From assembly GCA_964016885.1 (NCBI GenBank), contig OZ024744.1, forward strand, positions 82,460,001-82,524,000: 64,000 nucleotides of DNA, in the 5' to 3' direction. Below, one piece after another: positions 51,768-64,000 of this stretch. Under the pieces are notes generated by a model, which worked only from the letters and a program-made list of their open reading frames with translations, did no database searches and had not been told where the DNA came from. Made by a program: the position numbers and the translations under genes. Source of the stretch: Eledone cirrhosa (Eukaryota). Position 1 is the first letter of the stretch, and every line of letters begins with the position of its first letter.

Positions 51768-54700
51768 ACGACAACAGCAGCAGCAACAACAACAACCACC
51801 ACAGCAACAGCGCGGCGGCAGTCGTAGTACCAGCAGCAACAACAAAAGTAACAGCAGCTCTGACGACAACAACAACAACAACAAGAAAGAAAAATCAATC
51901 TCGTTTGCAGGTATCGCAAAAAACCTGGAAACCATCCTTATAACAAATGAGGAATTACAGGAAGCAAAGAAGATGGTGACGAAAAGCGGACACCGAGCAA
52001 TCTGCAAGGCAGCCGAAACATTTTTCGAAACCCAACAACACTGTACGGTCACGTACCGTACAGTAAGCACAAAATCCCGTAGGGTTGAAAGAGCCACATA
52101 GGCTCAAATACAAAAAGCCTTAGGGTCTGTGTGGCAGCGGAAAACGCATATCACCCGAGGCAAGAAATATGCCACCGTGGACGTGCTTTTTGCCACACTC
52201 CAGGAGGCAAAGGCTCAATCCTTAGTGACTCTAAGGAGCGAGGAAATGGTGTTGGTGCCTTCCTACTGCGGGCAAAGAATTGTGAGGGTCAAACTGACCC
52301 CCCCCCCCCGGGATGGCCCCTTCTTGGCTGGCCGCGTCTATCCTCGTCAGAATCGAGGACAAAACAACTGTACTGCAAGTACAGAAAAAAGTACGAGAAG
52401 ATTGGGTCGGCGCTTCCATTGAGATGTTAATCCAAACCAACCAGGAGTGCATCGAAGCTATCCCAGATGTGATAGACTTCGATAACGGCACTCAACTTTC
52501 CATAAGTGTTGAGGGCAAACGCCCGAAATGCTTTCGCTGTGGGTCGAAGACTCACCTCAGGGCCTTCTACAATAAGAAGACCCTGAGAAAGGAGAACCCC
52601 CCTCCTTCCGAAACCGGCTCCACTGCTACCAGCAAGAGGTCAGGCGGCAAGCAGGAAGGATAAGTCCGTGGCACCCATACGCACGTCACGGAAATCAAGA
52701 ACAGCAGCAGCAGTGGAAGTATTAACAACAACAGTAATACCAACTGCAGCTGCAACAGAGACTCCACTGCAAACATCACCAACAACAACAAGTGAAAGGT
52801 GGAGCTGGTACCCCTCCCCGACCTCACAGAATCAGACATGGAGTGTGAGGTGGGAGAGGGATGGCAAAAGGTCGCAAGAAGGCACAAACGCAGAAGCAGC
52901 GCATCGTCGCCTTCGAAAAGGGAGGAAAGAAATGAAAAAAGGGTAAAGGCTACTGCAAAGAGACTTACAGCAGCAACACCACCAACACCATCACCAACCA
53001 CACTAGCACCACCATCACCACTGGAGACAACCCCACCGCCAACAACAACAACACCACCACCGCAAGCACCAACATCGCAAACACAACAACAAAACACACA
53101 CACCCAGCAACAACGACAAGAAAATAGCAGAACCACACCCCACCCCCAGAAAAACAAATGCACAGCAATAAATACACACAACAAGAAACTAATGACTTAC
53201 ATAATTGAACACACAGACATTTCACAGCACGACTACATAATACCAGCACCAATCAAAACACCAACGAACATAAGACTAGTAAGAATATCACAGAAACAAT
53301 TCACTACCATTAAAATGAAATTCCCCAACGCAGTTGGTGATTTCAGAGACCTAGGAGGGACTCTCAACCGGAGAGTATATTCGGATATACTCATAGAAGA
53401 GCCGACGACCAGCCGAAGGGACGGTTCAACGGTCCCTTCACCAGACGATCAAGTGAAAAGGGATGGAGAAACTATCCTTCCTCTACGAGATGTAAAGTAA
53501 GTGGTCTTTCCCATCTTTTCCACTCCATTTCAACATGACCTCACTCAGAATAGGCAGCATAAATGCGCGTGGCTTGGGGTCGTCATGGAAGCAGGGCCAC
53601 CTGCTCAACGACCTCAGGTCACTAAACATAGATGTAGTGGCCATCAGCGAGACCAGAATCTGCGAAGCACGGGCCTTGGCACTGATCTTCGGCGGCTACG
53701 ATGTGTACGCATCTCCCAGCCTTCCTGGATCGGGGGAAGGAGTTGCTGTGCTATTTCGGAGAGCTTTGGATCTCGCCATAGGGTTCATCTTCCTGGACCC
53801 AGAAGGTAAGTTGGTGGTGCTGGACGTGACCAGCGGAGACGGGCAAGCTTTCAGGCTAGTGGCCGTCTATGCCCCGACAGGAGCAGGGTGGCCTGATTTC
53901 TTCCGGTGTCTGGAGACCCTTCTTGGAACGTCCCACTCTTTAGTATTAGTGGGCGACTGGAACGGGATCTTAGATGCACGCTGGGACTGTGTGGGATTAG
54001 CGGATAGGGTAGGAGGGTGCAAGAGCCTCACCAACCTGCTCAGGTGATTTGAACTGTCTGACAGGTATCGATTGGATTTCCCGAATGTACCAATGTGGAC
54101 TTGGACAAATCTGGTCATCCAGATCATATCTAGATAGAGTATTTTGTAGGGAAATAGATCGGTCTAGCATAGGCTGTCTAAAATTCAAGATAGTCAGCTA
54201 CACGGACCACAAATTCGTGATCTGTGTGCTTGACTTAGATAGGCTTCATAGACGAGGATCCGCTACTGGAAGCTAAACGCGTCCTTACCAGCGCGCAAGG
54301 CCGACAGAGACCGGATTAGCGAACTAGTTAAGCGGGCGTTGACGGGGGGACATCGTCAACAACAAGTGGTGGTTTGCTCTGAAAAGAGCAATTAGAATAG
54401 AGTCCATTAGGTTTAGTAAGGCTTTAGCAATAGAGAAAAATAGAGCAGGGGGAGAACTAGTTAGAAAATTAGACGAGGCGCTTAGCAAAGGCATCGCGAC
54501 CGACGTACTTGCGGCGAAATTTGCCCTTGACCAATTCTTCAATGCAAAGCACGAAGTGCGTTGTCAGAGCTAGGGTGCGTGCTCTCAGACACGCGGGAAC
54601 GAAAGCCTTTCAATGGGCCCGAGTTTCGGAGGCGCGTCATGGCAACAAAGCCACGATATGGTCTTTGGTGGACCACGACGGGCGCATGCTACTCGATCCT

Positions 54701-57219
54701 TGGAAAATGTGTGAAGCTTTTCAGCGACCTTCGCACAGCTGTTCGGAGGCAGCGGCGGGTCGGATCGAGGGATGTACTTTAGTGTCTACCTCGACGGACT
54801 GCCGCAGTTCGCGGCCTCTGAGGCGGAGTGTTGCGAAAAGCCGATAACAGCCGCTGAAGTACGGGAGGCAATGACTGGCTCCATAAGGGGTAAATCGCCT
54901 GGTTTGGATGGTCTGCCCTATGAACTTTACGTACAGATGCCAGACTTGTTAGGAGGCCTCTTGGCGGACGTCTACTGCAACTGGCAACAGAACTGGAGAA
55001 TTCCCAGCTCTGTGAGCCGAGGAGCTGTGGACCTGCGGAGAAAGGATCCGAACAAGGGGGATAACATAGATAATTTCAGGCCCATAACTCTGCTAAACAC
55101 AGAGTTCAAGTAATTGGCCAAGGTGCAAGCAAAGAGGTTGGCGCTTGTTGTTGGTGGTCTGGTGGGAGAGGCGCAGACATGCGCTATTCCCAACAGATCC
55201 ATCCACGACAACCTCCACCTCATGCGATACATCGTAGAGAGGGTAGCTAGGGACCTGGAACGGGTGGGTCCTTCATCAATTTAGATCAGTCGAAAGCTTT
55301 CGATAGTGTCGACATCGTTACCTAGCGGCAGTCCTGAGGGCCGCAGGATTTGGGCCCGTCTTCAGAGGCTGGATCAATGCCATGCACAGCGACATCTGCT
55401 CTGTGGTGAGAGTGAACGGTCACCTTTCGGAACCGTTCAACATCATGCGCTCGGTCGACGAAGGATGTCCTCTCTCGTCCCTCTTCTACGTATTGACTCT
55501 CGAGCCATTACTGCACAAACTGGAGGCGTTGAGGGGGGACCCGCGCGAACTAGAATGCGGAAGATCCGTGTCAGCATATGCGGACGATGTCACCGTAGTG
55601 GTGTCGAACGCCAAACACATCGAAGCGATCGGCACTACACTAAGAGAATACGAAACGGTGACAGGAGCAATGATCAACCAGGAAAAGTCAGTGGGCCTGC
55701 AGCTCGGCACCTGGAGAGGCAGCTCCATGCCGTCCAACAGCGTCGGACGAACCGGTTAAATTGCTAAGGGTCTGGTTCGGTCCGGACCTCCAGACGGACA
55801 AAAACTGGGACGAGGTGACGAGCAGGGTGGCTTCTCTCACCCAGAAATGGGCGGAGAGGAAGCTATACCTGAAAGGTCGAGCGGAGGTGGCTAACGCATA
55901 CATCGCGTCTGTCATCTACTACCGCCTGACCGTCGTACCTTGTCCTAAGCCCCGCCTGACTGCGCTGGAGCGTTTGCTCTTTCGCATTTTGTGGAAGGGA
56001 CGCGCTCCGATGGTGAGGCGGTCCATCTGCTGTCAACTCCCGCTACGTGGAGGGCTGGAAATGCCGTGGCTGATGATGCGCAGACACGCGCTCAGGCTAC
56101 GACATCTCCACCTCTTCCTCGACGGTGATCAGGTGTGGTCGCCGTTTGCTAGACACGTCTTTCCCCAGCTCGTCTCCTTGACGGAGCTGCAGTCCTGGGT
56201 CAAGCGAAGACCGAAAGGGAGCGCTTGAAGACTGGAATGTCTTCAGGCGCTCACAGCCCTTGACCAATCGGGCAATATGATCGGTGGAAACTCCACCTTG
56301 GCGTTCTATAGAGGATTAGTGGAGGGGAAGAGCGACGACGTACTTGGAGAAACTCTAGGCGTCGACGAAAATCAACTAGCCAATCTCTTCGGAAGGACTT
56401 TCGGACCGGGGCCTATGGACAACTTCCAGAAATCCCTGGCAGTGCTACCGAGGAGCTTTGCCAGTTCGGGATAAACTCTACAGGCATGGAGGTGCCGTCA
56501 GCCAGGCATGTCCGAGATGCGCTCAGGGCGACGAAACCGTCCTGCACGCACTCGTCCAGTGTCCGAGCATTGCTGACTTGTGGGTTTATGTCGAACACCT
56601 GCTGTCACGTGCAGGACGGATCCAGCTATCAGCTGAGTCCGCCGTGAGCATTGCCCCGCTCTCTTCCTTTAGCCGGGAAGGGCAGGCAATTTTTATCTGT
56701 CTGGTGGCCATGGCGAAAGAGATAGTATGGTGGACACGTTTGAAAGACGAGCACTTACCTCTTCGGTGATGCCCTGATTAAACTTTTCAAATTTCATTTG
56801 AAAAGGAAAATCAGGGTAGAGAGGGAAGTGCTCTCTTCCCAGCATTTTGTTGAAAGATGGATGAGAGAAGCAAGTTTGGCCCGAGTGAATGGGCCTACTC
56901 TGAGTATCTGTGTATATGTGTCTGAGTATATGTGTCTGTAAATTAAAGGTGGAACACTGGGAGAGGGAACTTGCCCTGGTGGTCAGGGTGACTGTGGCCT
57001 TCTAATGGGCTTTCTCCACAAATGTTCTTCGGAAGTCTCCCTCCAATTGGGGAATTTTTCATTGTTATTTTTATTACATCCTCTGTTTTTTTTACACGCA
57101 GAAATGCCCATTTGTACTGTCCTCTATTGTCCTGTACTGTCCTTAATGTCTACTTTATGTAAACCCTTGTGGTTAATAAAGAAAACATTATTATTATTAT
57201 TATTATAATTATTATTATT
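51170..57219 (+). mobile_element. Tx1/L1-clade LINE copy C (ORF1 type 2)
   Basis: ORF1 ~51386-53500; ORF2 from 53535 with its own independent lesions; (TTA)n tail. Confidence 0.92.
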
Positions 57220-57342
57220 GTTCAAATCCCGCTGAGGTTTACTTTGCCTTCCATCCTTACGGGGTCGATAAAATTAAGTACCAGTAATGCACTGGGTAAT
57301 TGCTGACCTTGTGCCTAACGTAGAAACAATTATTATTATTAT
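57220..57342 (+). mobile_element. 5'-truncated SINE family 1
   Basis: B box, core and ATT tail. Confidence 0.8.
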
Positions 57343-60300
57343 TGTTGTTGTTCTTTGAGTCTCAGTCATTGATATTATTTAACTGGAAAGTTTGTTGAAA
57401 TGAATATCAAGCCACTACCTTCAGCCTCAGATATTCAGGACGTATCGGAGGGTTCTTGCTGTTCCCAGCAAGCATGCCTTTTGAAGTGTTCCAAAAAGCG
57501 GGACTGGGCTACTCTTCTTTAACCATCCCTGGAAACTCTTTGAGATAGTACCTAGTGCACCTATGACAATCGGGATCACTTTGACTTCATGGCAGTTCCA
57601 AATCCTTTTTAACTCACACTTTAAGTCCTGGTATCGGTTAATTTCTCTCTCTCCTTCTCTTGCACTCTCGTGTCGAATGGGCAGGCCACATCCACAATCA
57701 GGCACGATCTTTTTTCCTTGTCCAAAATCACCTGGTCAGGTCTATTGTGTTCCAGTTTCTTGTCCATCTGTATCCTAAAATCCCACAGCACCTTCACCTG
57801 ATCGTTTTCTATCACCGACTCTGGCTTATGCTCATACCACTTCTCAGAATGTGCTAAATTGTTTACTTTGCATAGGTGCCAGTGGATCAACCTGCCCATC
57901 ACATCATGTCTCCAGCCTTTACAGTGAGTCTGGGCTAGGTGTTTACACTCGGATACAATGTGAGCCACAATCTCCTCTCTCTCTCTCCACAGATCCTACA
58001 CAGTGGGCTAGCCTCCACCTTGTAAATATGGTGTTTCACCCACTTCGTTTTGAGGGCCTGCTCTTGCGCCGCCATTAGCATTCCTTCTGTAGCCTTTTTA
58101 AAGTCTCCTCTTTTCAACCAGTTCCATGTCGTGGATCTCTAAATTCCGTTTTCTTAAAGAAGGTACTATGAAGGGATTTTTCATGAAAGTTGGTCTTCCT
58201 CCTTGTTATTTCCTCCTTGGACATCTCCTGGTCTATTGTCCTCTCCTTCAGTACAATTCTGAGCATTGGCTCCCTCCTGTCGGTCACGTATTTGTGCAGG
58301 TTGGTTTTCTCCATCTGAACACAGTCCTCTATGCTGATAAGTCCTCTTCCACCTTCAGATCCCTTTAAGTAGAGTCTATCGACATCACTCCTCTTGTGGA
58401 ACATGTTGTAGATAGTCAATAGCTTCCTAAACTTCCTATCCATTTCTTTTTGTTCAGCAACATTCCATTTCAGAATTCCCGCACTGTACCTAACAATAGA
58501 CGCAGCTCGGGAATTCACTGCACTTATGATATTCCTACTATTTAGATGTGATTTTAATACACTGCTTACTCTCCTAATGTACTCAGATCTTATCAATTCC
58601 TTCATTTTTTTGTTCTTGATCTGCCTCCAGAACACCTAAATATTTGTATCTTTCGTCAGTGTCAATTTCCTTTATCATCTCACCTCTTAGTACCTAGATT
58701 CAGTTGCTTCTGCTCAATTTACCCCTCTTCATCACTAGGAATCCACACTTACTAATACCAAATTCCATACATATATCATTGCTGAAAATACGGACGGTGT
58801 CAACAAGCACATCCAACGCCTACTCACTCTTCCCAAAGAGTTTAAGATCGTCCATGAAGAAGAGGTGGTTGATGGTAAGCTCTCCTTTTCCCAACTTGCA
58901 TCATGCTCTCAATTTTCGCAATATAATGGTCAGGGGTATCAGGGCAAGGATAAACAACAGAGGGGATAAACTATCTCCCTGGAAGATACCCCTCTTGATC
59001 TTCACGCCTCCCAAGGATTCTCCACCCGATGTTAATTCTGTTTCCCAGGACTTCATACTTTTGCTCAACAACTGTTTGATGTTATCTGCCACCTTGAATG
59101 AGGTACCATGTCGAATGCCTTTTTGTAGTCTATCCATCCCATGGCAAGACCAGTGTGTCTCCTCTTGCAATTCCTCATTACCATCTTATCAATAAGTAGC
59201 TGGTATTTTGTACCACTGGTCTTCTTTCGGCATCCTTTCTGTTCGTCCGGTAACAAGTTGTTTGTGTGGAGGTGATGGTAGATTTCCTCAGACACGATGC
59301 TTGTCAACAGTTTCCACATTACGGACAGACATGTGATACGTCTATAGTTGGTAACATCATTACCCTTTGTCAACCACTCTGGTACCTCCCCCGACATCAA
59401 GCAATCATTGAACATGGTTGTCAGTTTGGGGTGGACGGATGTCATATTTTTAATCCAATACCCCTGCACACGTCTATGATAATATTTAGTTTTTCCACCT
59501 TGTTTTGTACTTTATTTCCAGTCTATTTTTAGTGTCTATGTTTTTTAGTGTCCCATTCAGTAGGGACTCAAGCTTTCCAATGTCATTTCTCATTTCCCTG
59601 ATTTGACCATTCAGTCGTTTCTTCCACCAAGGTTCTGATCTTTCTTGTTTGTTGTTTCCTCTCGCTTTTATGCTAAGTAATTTTCTCACCGCATTTGCTG
59701 TTGCTTTGAGGATATTGTTTCACTGGTGAAGGCTCCTCGCCTCAAGGTATGGGATGACTTTGTTTATCTTAGTGTTGTTTCTTTTAACTTTTTCCTGTCT
59801 ACAAATCTTAGCTTCATAGGTTTCCCACTATCATTGTTCATCTACCTCTCAGTTTAGGATATCCACCAAATGTTGTCCTAGCCCGTCAGCATTCATCTCC
59901 TCAATGGCCATACCTCTGTTCCAGGTATTATTTATTTCAGGATTCAGATCATTGTCTGCTTCGGATGGTTCCTCCGTTCCCTCAACCTCTTCACCTTCAT
60001 TTCCCACTGGCTCGTTTGCCTGGCATACTCCACTCTTCATTTCCAACCTAATCTCTCTGCTCAGTTCCTCCAGTTCCAGCTCGCTTATCCACCCATTAGT
60101 TCTTATTACCCGAGCCTGCCCGGCCAATTTTTGTTCATCTAATTTAAATAGACCAATCTCGTTCCAGATGTTATGAATCCCTTTCCTATAGCCTTTTTCC
60201 TTGGGGTTACTCTTCAGGTAACATTGCATAACAGTTCTATTCAATTCTTTCGTCCAGTTGGTTCTGGTCCCTTTCCTTCTTCTTCCTCCGACACCAGCAG

Positions 60301-60480
60301 TATTTGGTTGACAGCCAGGTCCCTGCTGCTGAGCTAGGGAGCACCTGTTGGTTGAGAGTCTGTCACATGACATTCCAGTCTCCACTTCACCGTTATTCGA
60401 ACTGTTTAGGTTCGACATTTAAACACTCTTATCGAGGATTGGTGAATGTATGGTTACATAACCACCGTTGATTTCATCAC
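57343..60480 (-). mobile_element. Degenerate R4/Dong-like non-LTR retrotransposon
   Basis: WIDYKKAFDMVPH, GIFQGDSLSP, LFFMDDLK, CRICG..HIVSEC, RHD, HNRPD..DVACP, IPIVIGALG; the 3' end abuts (TAA)n. Confidence 0.88.
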
Positions 60481-61277
60481 CCCCGGTGATTTTAGTGTGG
60501 TACTATCACGCTGTAGACGAACATAAATTATCAAACAAATATGTAAGCCCCCCCCCCCAAAAAAAAAAAAAATAACCATGTTTCATTGTAATGTAATGTT
60601 TGAATGTCTGTCTGTTTTTTTTTTCTTTTTTCTTTTCTTTACGTTTTTCATTGTTGCTGTGCTGTTTTGATTTTGATTTTTGTTTTTTTGATTTTTTGAC
60701 CGGGTCATCAAATCAGTCTATTTATATCTTTTGATGCCTTCCTCATTTAGTGGGAATACTACGATGCCTGTCTTAGCAGGAGGTAGTGGGAGAGAATAGC
60801 GGCGGTAGCGATAATGAGACAGTGGTGGTGGTGGTGGTGGTGATGTGCTAATAGTACTTAGCAGGAGGTAGTGGGAGAGAATAGCGGCGGTAGCGATAAT
60901 GAGGCAGCAGTGGTGGTCATGTGATCGTAGTACTGTAGTGTTGGTGTTGAAGTTGAAGTAGAAATAGAAGTTGAGGTAACTTGACTAGAGTTTTTCGCGT
61001 GGTAGTGGTGATGGTGGCGGTGGTGGTGTTGGTGGTGAAATTATTTTCCTGTCTGCCCACTTAGCCATTTTTCTCTTTTTCGACTATACAATTTCTGATC
61101 CAAAATTAAATATTAAATATTGGGGCCCTATGCCGTAATGTGATGCGTTATCGCTTGCTGAGAGTAAAATACTGTAATCTTATACTTCATTTGTAATAAG
61201 AATTATTCTATCACAGTTGTTTGAAATAAGTAAAAATCAAAAACTTACGGGAGCGATTCCATAACGATATATATCCA

Positions 61278-64000
61278 CCAAGCTATTGTGGCCAGAGACT
61301 CGTTAAGTTGAGGGTGACCCACGTTCCACCGGCCATCAAAATTCCCTGGCCAATGGCTGCCGTCCTCGCCGGCATCGAAGCCAACACCAAGTTAATCGAA
61401 ATAGCGAACAGCATTGAGGAGATCCCAGAGGTAATAGACCTCACTGACGGCAGCCACCTCACCGTAATCGTCTAGGGCAGAAGGCCTAGGTGTGTCGTTT
61501 GTGGTAAAGGAACCCAACTAAGGGCTTTCTACCCTCAGGCTAAAAGGTTGAAGCCACCTCTCTTACCCACCCCAGTGACTCAACCATCAATACCACCAGC
61601 AGCAGAAATGGTAGCAATAACTGGAGCAGCAACAACAGAATCAACTGTAACAGCAACAACCCCAGCAACATTAGCAAAACCAACACCACCACCACCCAAC
61701 GCGCCAGAACTAGCACCAGCGCCTACACCATCCACCACGTCACAACCAAAAGCAACGCCTGTGGAGGATTTTCCACTCCCCGCCCTATCGCAACTGGAGA
61801 CAGATCATGACGACGAGGAGTGGGAAACGGTATCAGAAAAAAAGAAAAAAAGAAAAAGAAACCCCAAAAGAAAAAATCCCCTTCCTTCCCCCTCCGAAAA
61901 CAAAATACAGAGGGAAACAAATAAACTATCAAACAAAAAAGTTAGGACAGCTATGCCACCATCCGCACCAGCATCACCAACCCCATCATCCCAAACACCA
62001 ACACCATCACCATCATTAACCCCAACACCACCATCACCAACACCACAAAAGTCACCAAAGAGCGAAACAGAAACAAATCCACAACAAACGCAAACAAAAC
62101 AAAACAATGAAAATGATACACACTACACAGCAATAAATTTAAACAACAACCAATTATTACACTACATCCAACACAACACCAGCATCACAGAAAAAGACTA
62201 CACAACAACCCAAAAGTTCACACCACCTCCACACATACAAATCACTCGCATCAGAGAGAAAGCGTACACGACACTAAAACAAAAATTCCCCAAAGACATC
62301 GGAGACTTCCGACAAGCACTCTCCAGGAGGATTTATAAGGACATCCTTCCGGAGGAGGCCAGAAGCAGTGAAAAGGATGGAGAAACCAATCTTCCTCTAC
62401 GAGAAGTAAGGTAAGTGGTCTTTCCCATCTTCTCCACTCATTTCAACATGACCTCACTCAGAATAGGCAGCATAAATGCGCGTGGCTTGGGGTCGTCATG
62501 GAAGCAGGGCCACCTGATCAACGACCTCAGGTCACTAAACATAGATGTAGTGGCCATCAACGAGACCAGAATCTCCGCAGCACGGGCCTTCGCACCGATC
62601 TTCGGCGGCTACGATGTGTACGCATCTCCCAGCCGTCCTGAATCGGCGGGAGGAGTTGCTGTGCTTTTTCGGAGAGGTTTGTATCTCGCCATACGTGACC
62701 AGCGGAGACGGCCAAGCTTTCAGGCTAGTGGCCGTCTATGCCCCGACAGGAGCAGGGCGGCCTGATTTCTTCCGGCGTTGGGAGACCTTTCTTGGAACGC
62801 CCCGCTCTTTAGTGTTAGTGGGCGACTGGAACGGGATCTTAGATGCACGCTGGGACTGTGTGGGATTAGCGGATAGGGTAGGAGGGTGCAAGAGCCACAC
62901 CAACCTGCTCAGCCGATTCGAACTGTCCGACAGGTACCGATTGGATTTCCCGAATGTGCCAATGTGGACTTTACAAATCGCATAGGTTCATCCAGATCAT
63001 ATCTAGATAGAGTATTTTGTAGGGAAATAGATAGGTCTAGCATAGGCTGTCCACAATTCAAGATAGTCAGCTACACGGACCACAAATTCGTGATCTGTGT
63101 GCTTGACTTAGATAGGCTTCATAGACGAGGACCCGGCCTTACCAGCGCGCAAGGCCTACAGAGACCGGATTAAGGAACTAGTTAAGCGGGCGTTGACGGA
63201 GGCCATCGTCAACAAGTGGTGATTTGCTCTGAAAAGAGCGATTAGTATAGAGTTCATTAGGTTTAGTAAGGCTTTAGCAATAGAGAAAAATAGAGCAGAG
63301 GGAGAACTAGTTAGAAAATAGACGAGGCGCTTAGCAAAGGCATCGCGACCGACGTACTTGCGGCGAAATTGGCCCTTGACCAATTCTTCAATGCAAAGCA
63401 CGAAGGCTGCGTTGTCAGAGCTAGGGTGCGTGCTCTTAGACACGAGGGGACGAAAGCCGTTCAATGGGCCCGAGTGGCGGAGGCGCGTCGTGGCAACAAA
63501 GCCACGATCCAGTCTTTGGTGGACCACGATGGGCGCATGCTACTCGATCCCGGGCAAATGTGTGAAGCTTTTCAGCGACACTTCGCACAACTGTTCGGGG
63601 GCAGCGGCGGGCCGGATCGAGGGATGGACTTGAGTGTCTGCCTCGACGGACTGCCGCGGCTCTCGGCCACTGTGGCGGAGTGTTGCGAAAAGCCGATAAC
63701 AGCCGCTGAAGTACGGGAGGCAATGACTGGCTGCATCAGGGGTAAATCGTCTGGTTTGGATGGTCTGCCCTATGAACTTTACGTACAGATGCCAGACTTG
63801 TTCGGGGGCCTCTTGGCAGACATCTACTGCAACTGGTAACCGAACGGGAGAAGTCCCAGTTCTGTGAGCCGAGGAGCTGTGGCGCTGCTGAGAAAGGATC
63901 CGAACAAGGGGGATAACAGATAATTTCAGGCACATAACTCTGCTAAACCGGGTTCAAGATTTTGGCCAAGGTGCTAGCAAAGAGATTGGCGCTTGTCGTT
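61278..64000 (+). mobile_element. Tx1/L1-clade LINE copy D (ORF1 type 1, 5'-truncated, runs off the window)
   Basis: ORF1 61548-62414 homologous to copy A; disrupted ORF2 from 62448. Confidence 0.9.

Noticed and set aside
41834-56598. Antisense ORFs repeated across the LINE copies
   Set aside because: Shadow ORFs of GC-rich ORF1/ORF2; they recur only because of the duplication
60772-60905. ~47-bp sequence duplicated 85 bp apart among (GGT)n repeats
   Set aside because: Simple local slippage duplication with no further structure

Overview
AT-rich, microsatellite-dense eukaryotic (animal) DNA. The SINE types and the (TA)n/(CA)n load suggest a cephalopod such as Octopus (inference). I found no convincing host gene; nearly all short ORFs are microsatellite translations. 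The window is a transposable-element graveyard with these parts. (1) From about 5 to 38 kb, many Penelope-like retroelement (PLE) fragments and short non-coding elements sit in (TA)n runs, arranged as tandem repeats and fold-back palindromes. By hand I read about 15 intact and about 10 degenerate minimal type-I hammerhead ribozyme motifs in them, from at least 8 sequence families. These include a 3x422-bp tandem array plus an inverted copy, and a 469-bp ribozyme-to-ribozyme unit, both resembling retrozyme (circular RNA) templates. (2) From 39.3 to 57.2 kb there is a head-to-tail array of three ~6-kb Tx1/L1-clade LINEs joined at (TTA)n. The middle copy is a recombinant of its neighbours, and two divergent ORF1 modules are coupled to a near-identical ORF2. 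A fourth copy starts at 61.3 kb. (3) Also present are two degenerate R4/Dong-like LINEs, RTE, CRE-like and mariner fragments, non-autonomous Helitrons and tRNA-derived SINEs. Coordinates and base-pairings were read manually; no searches were run.
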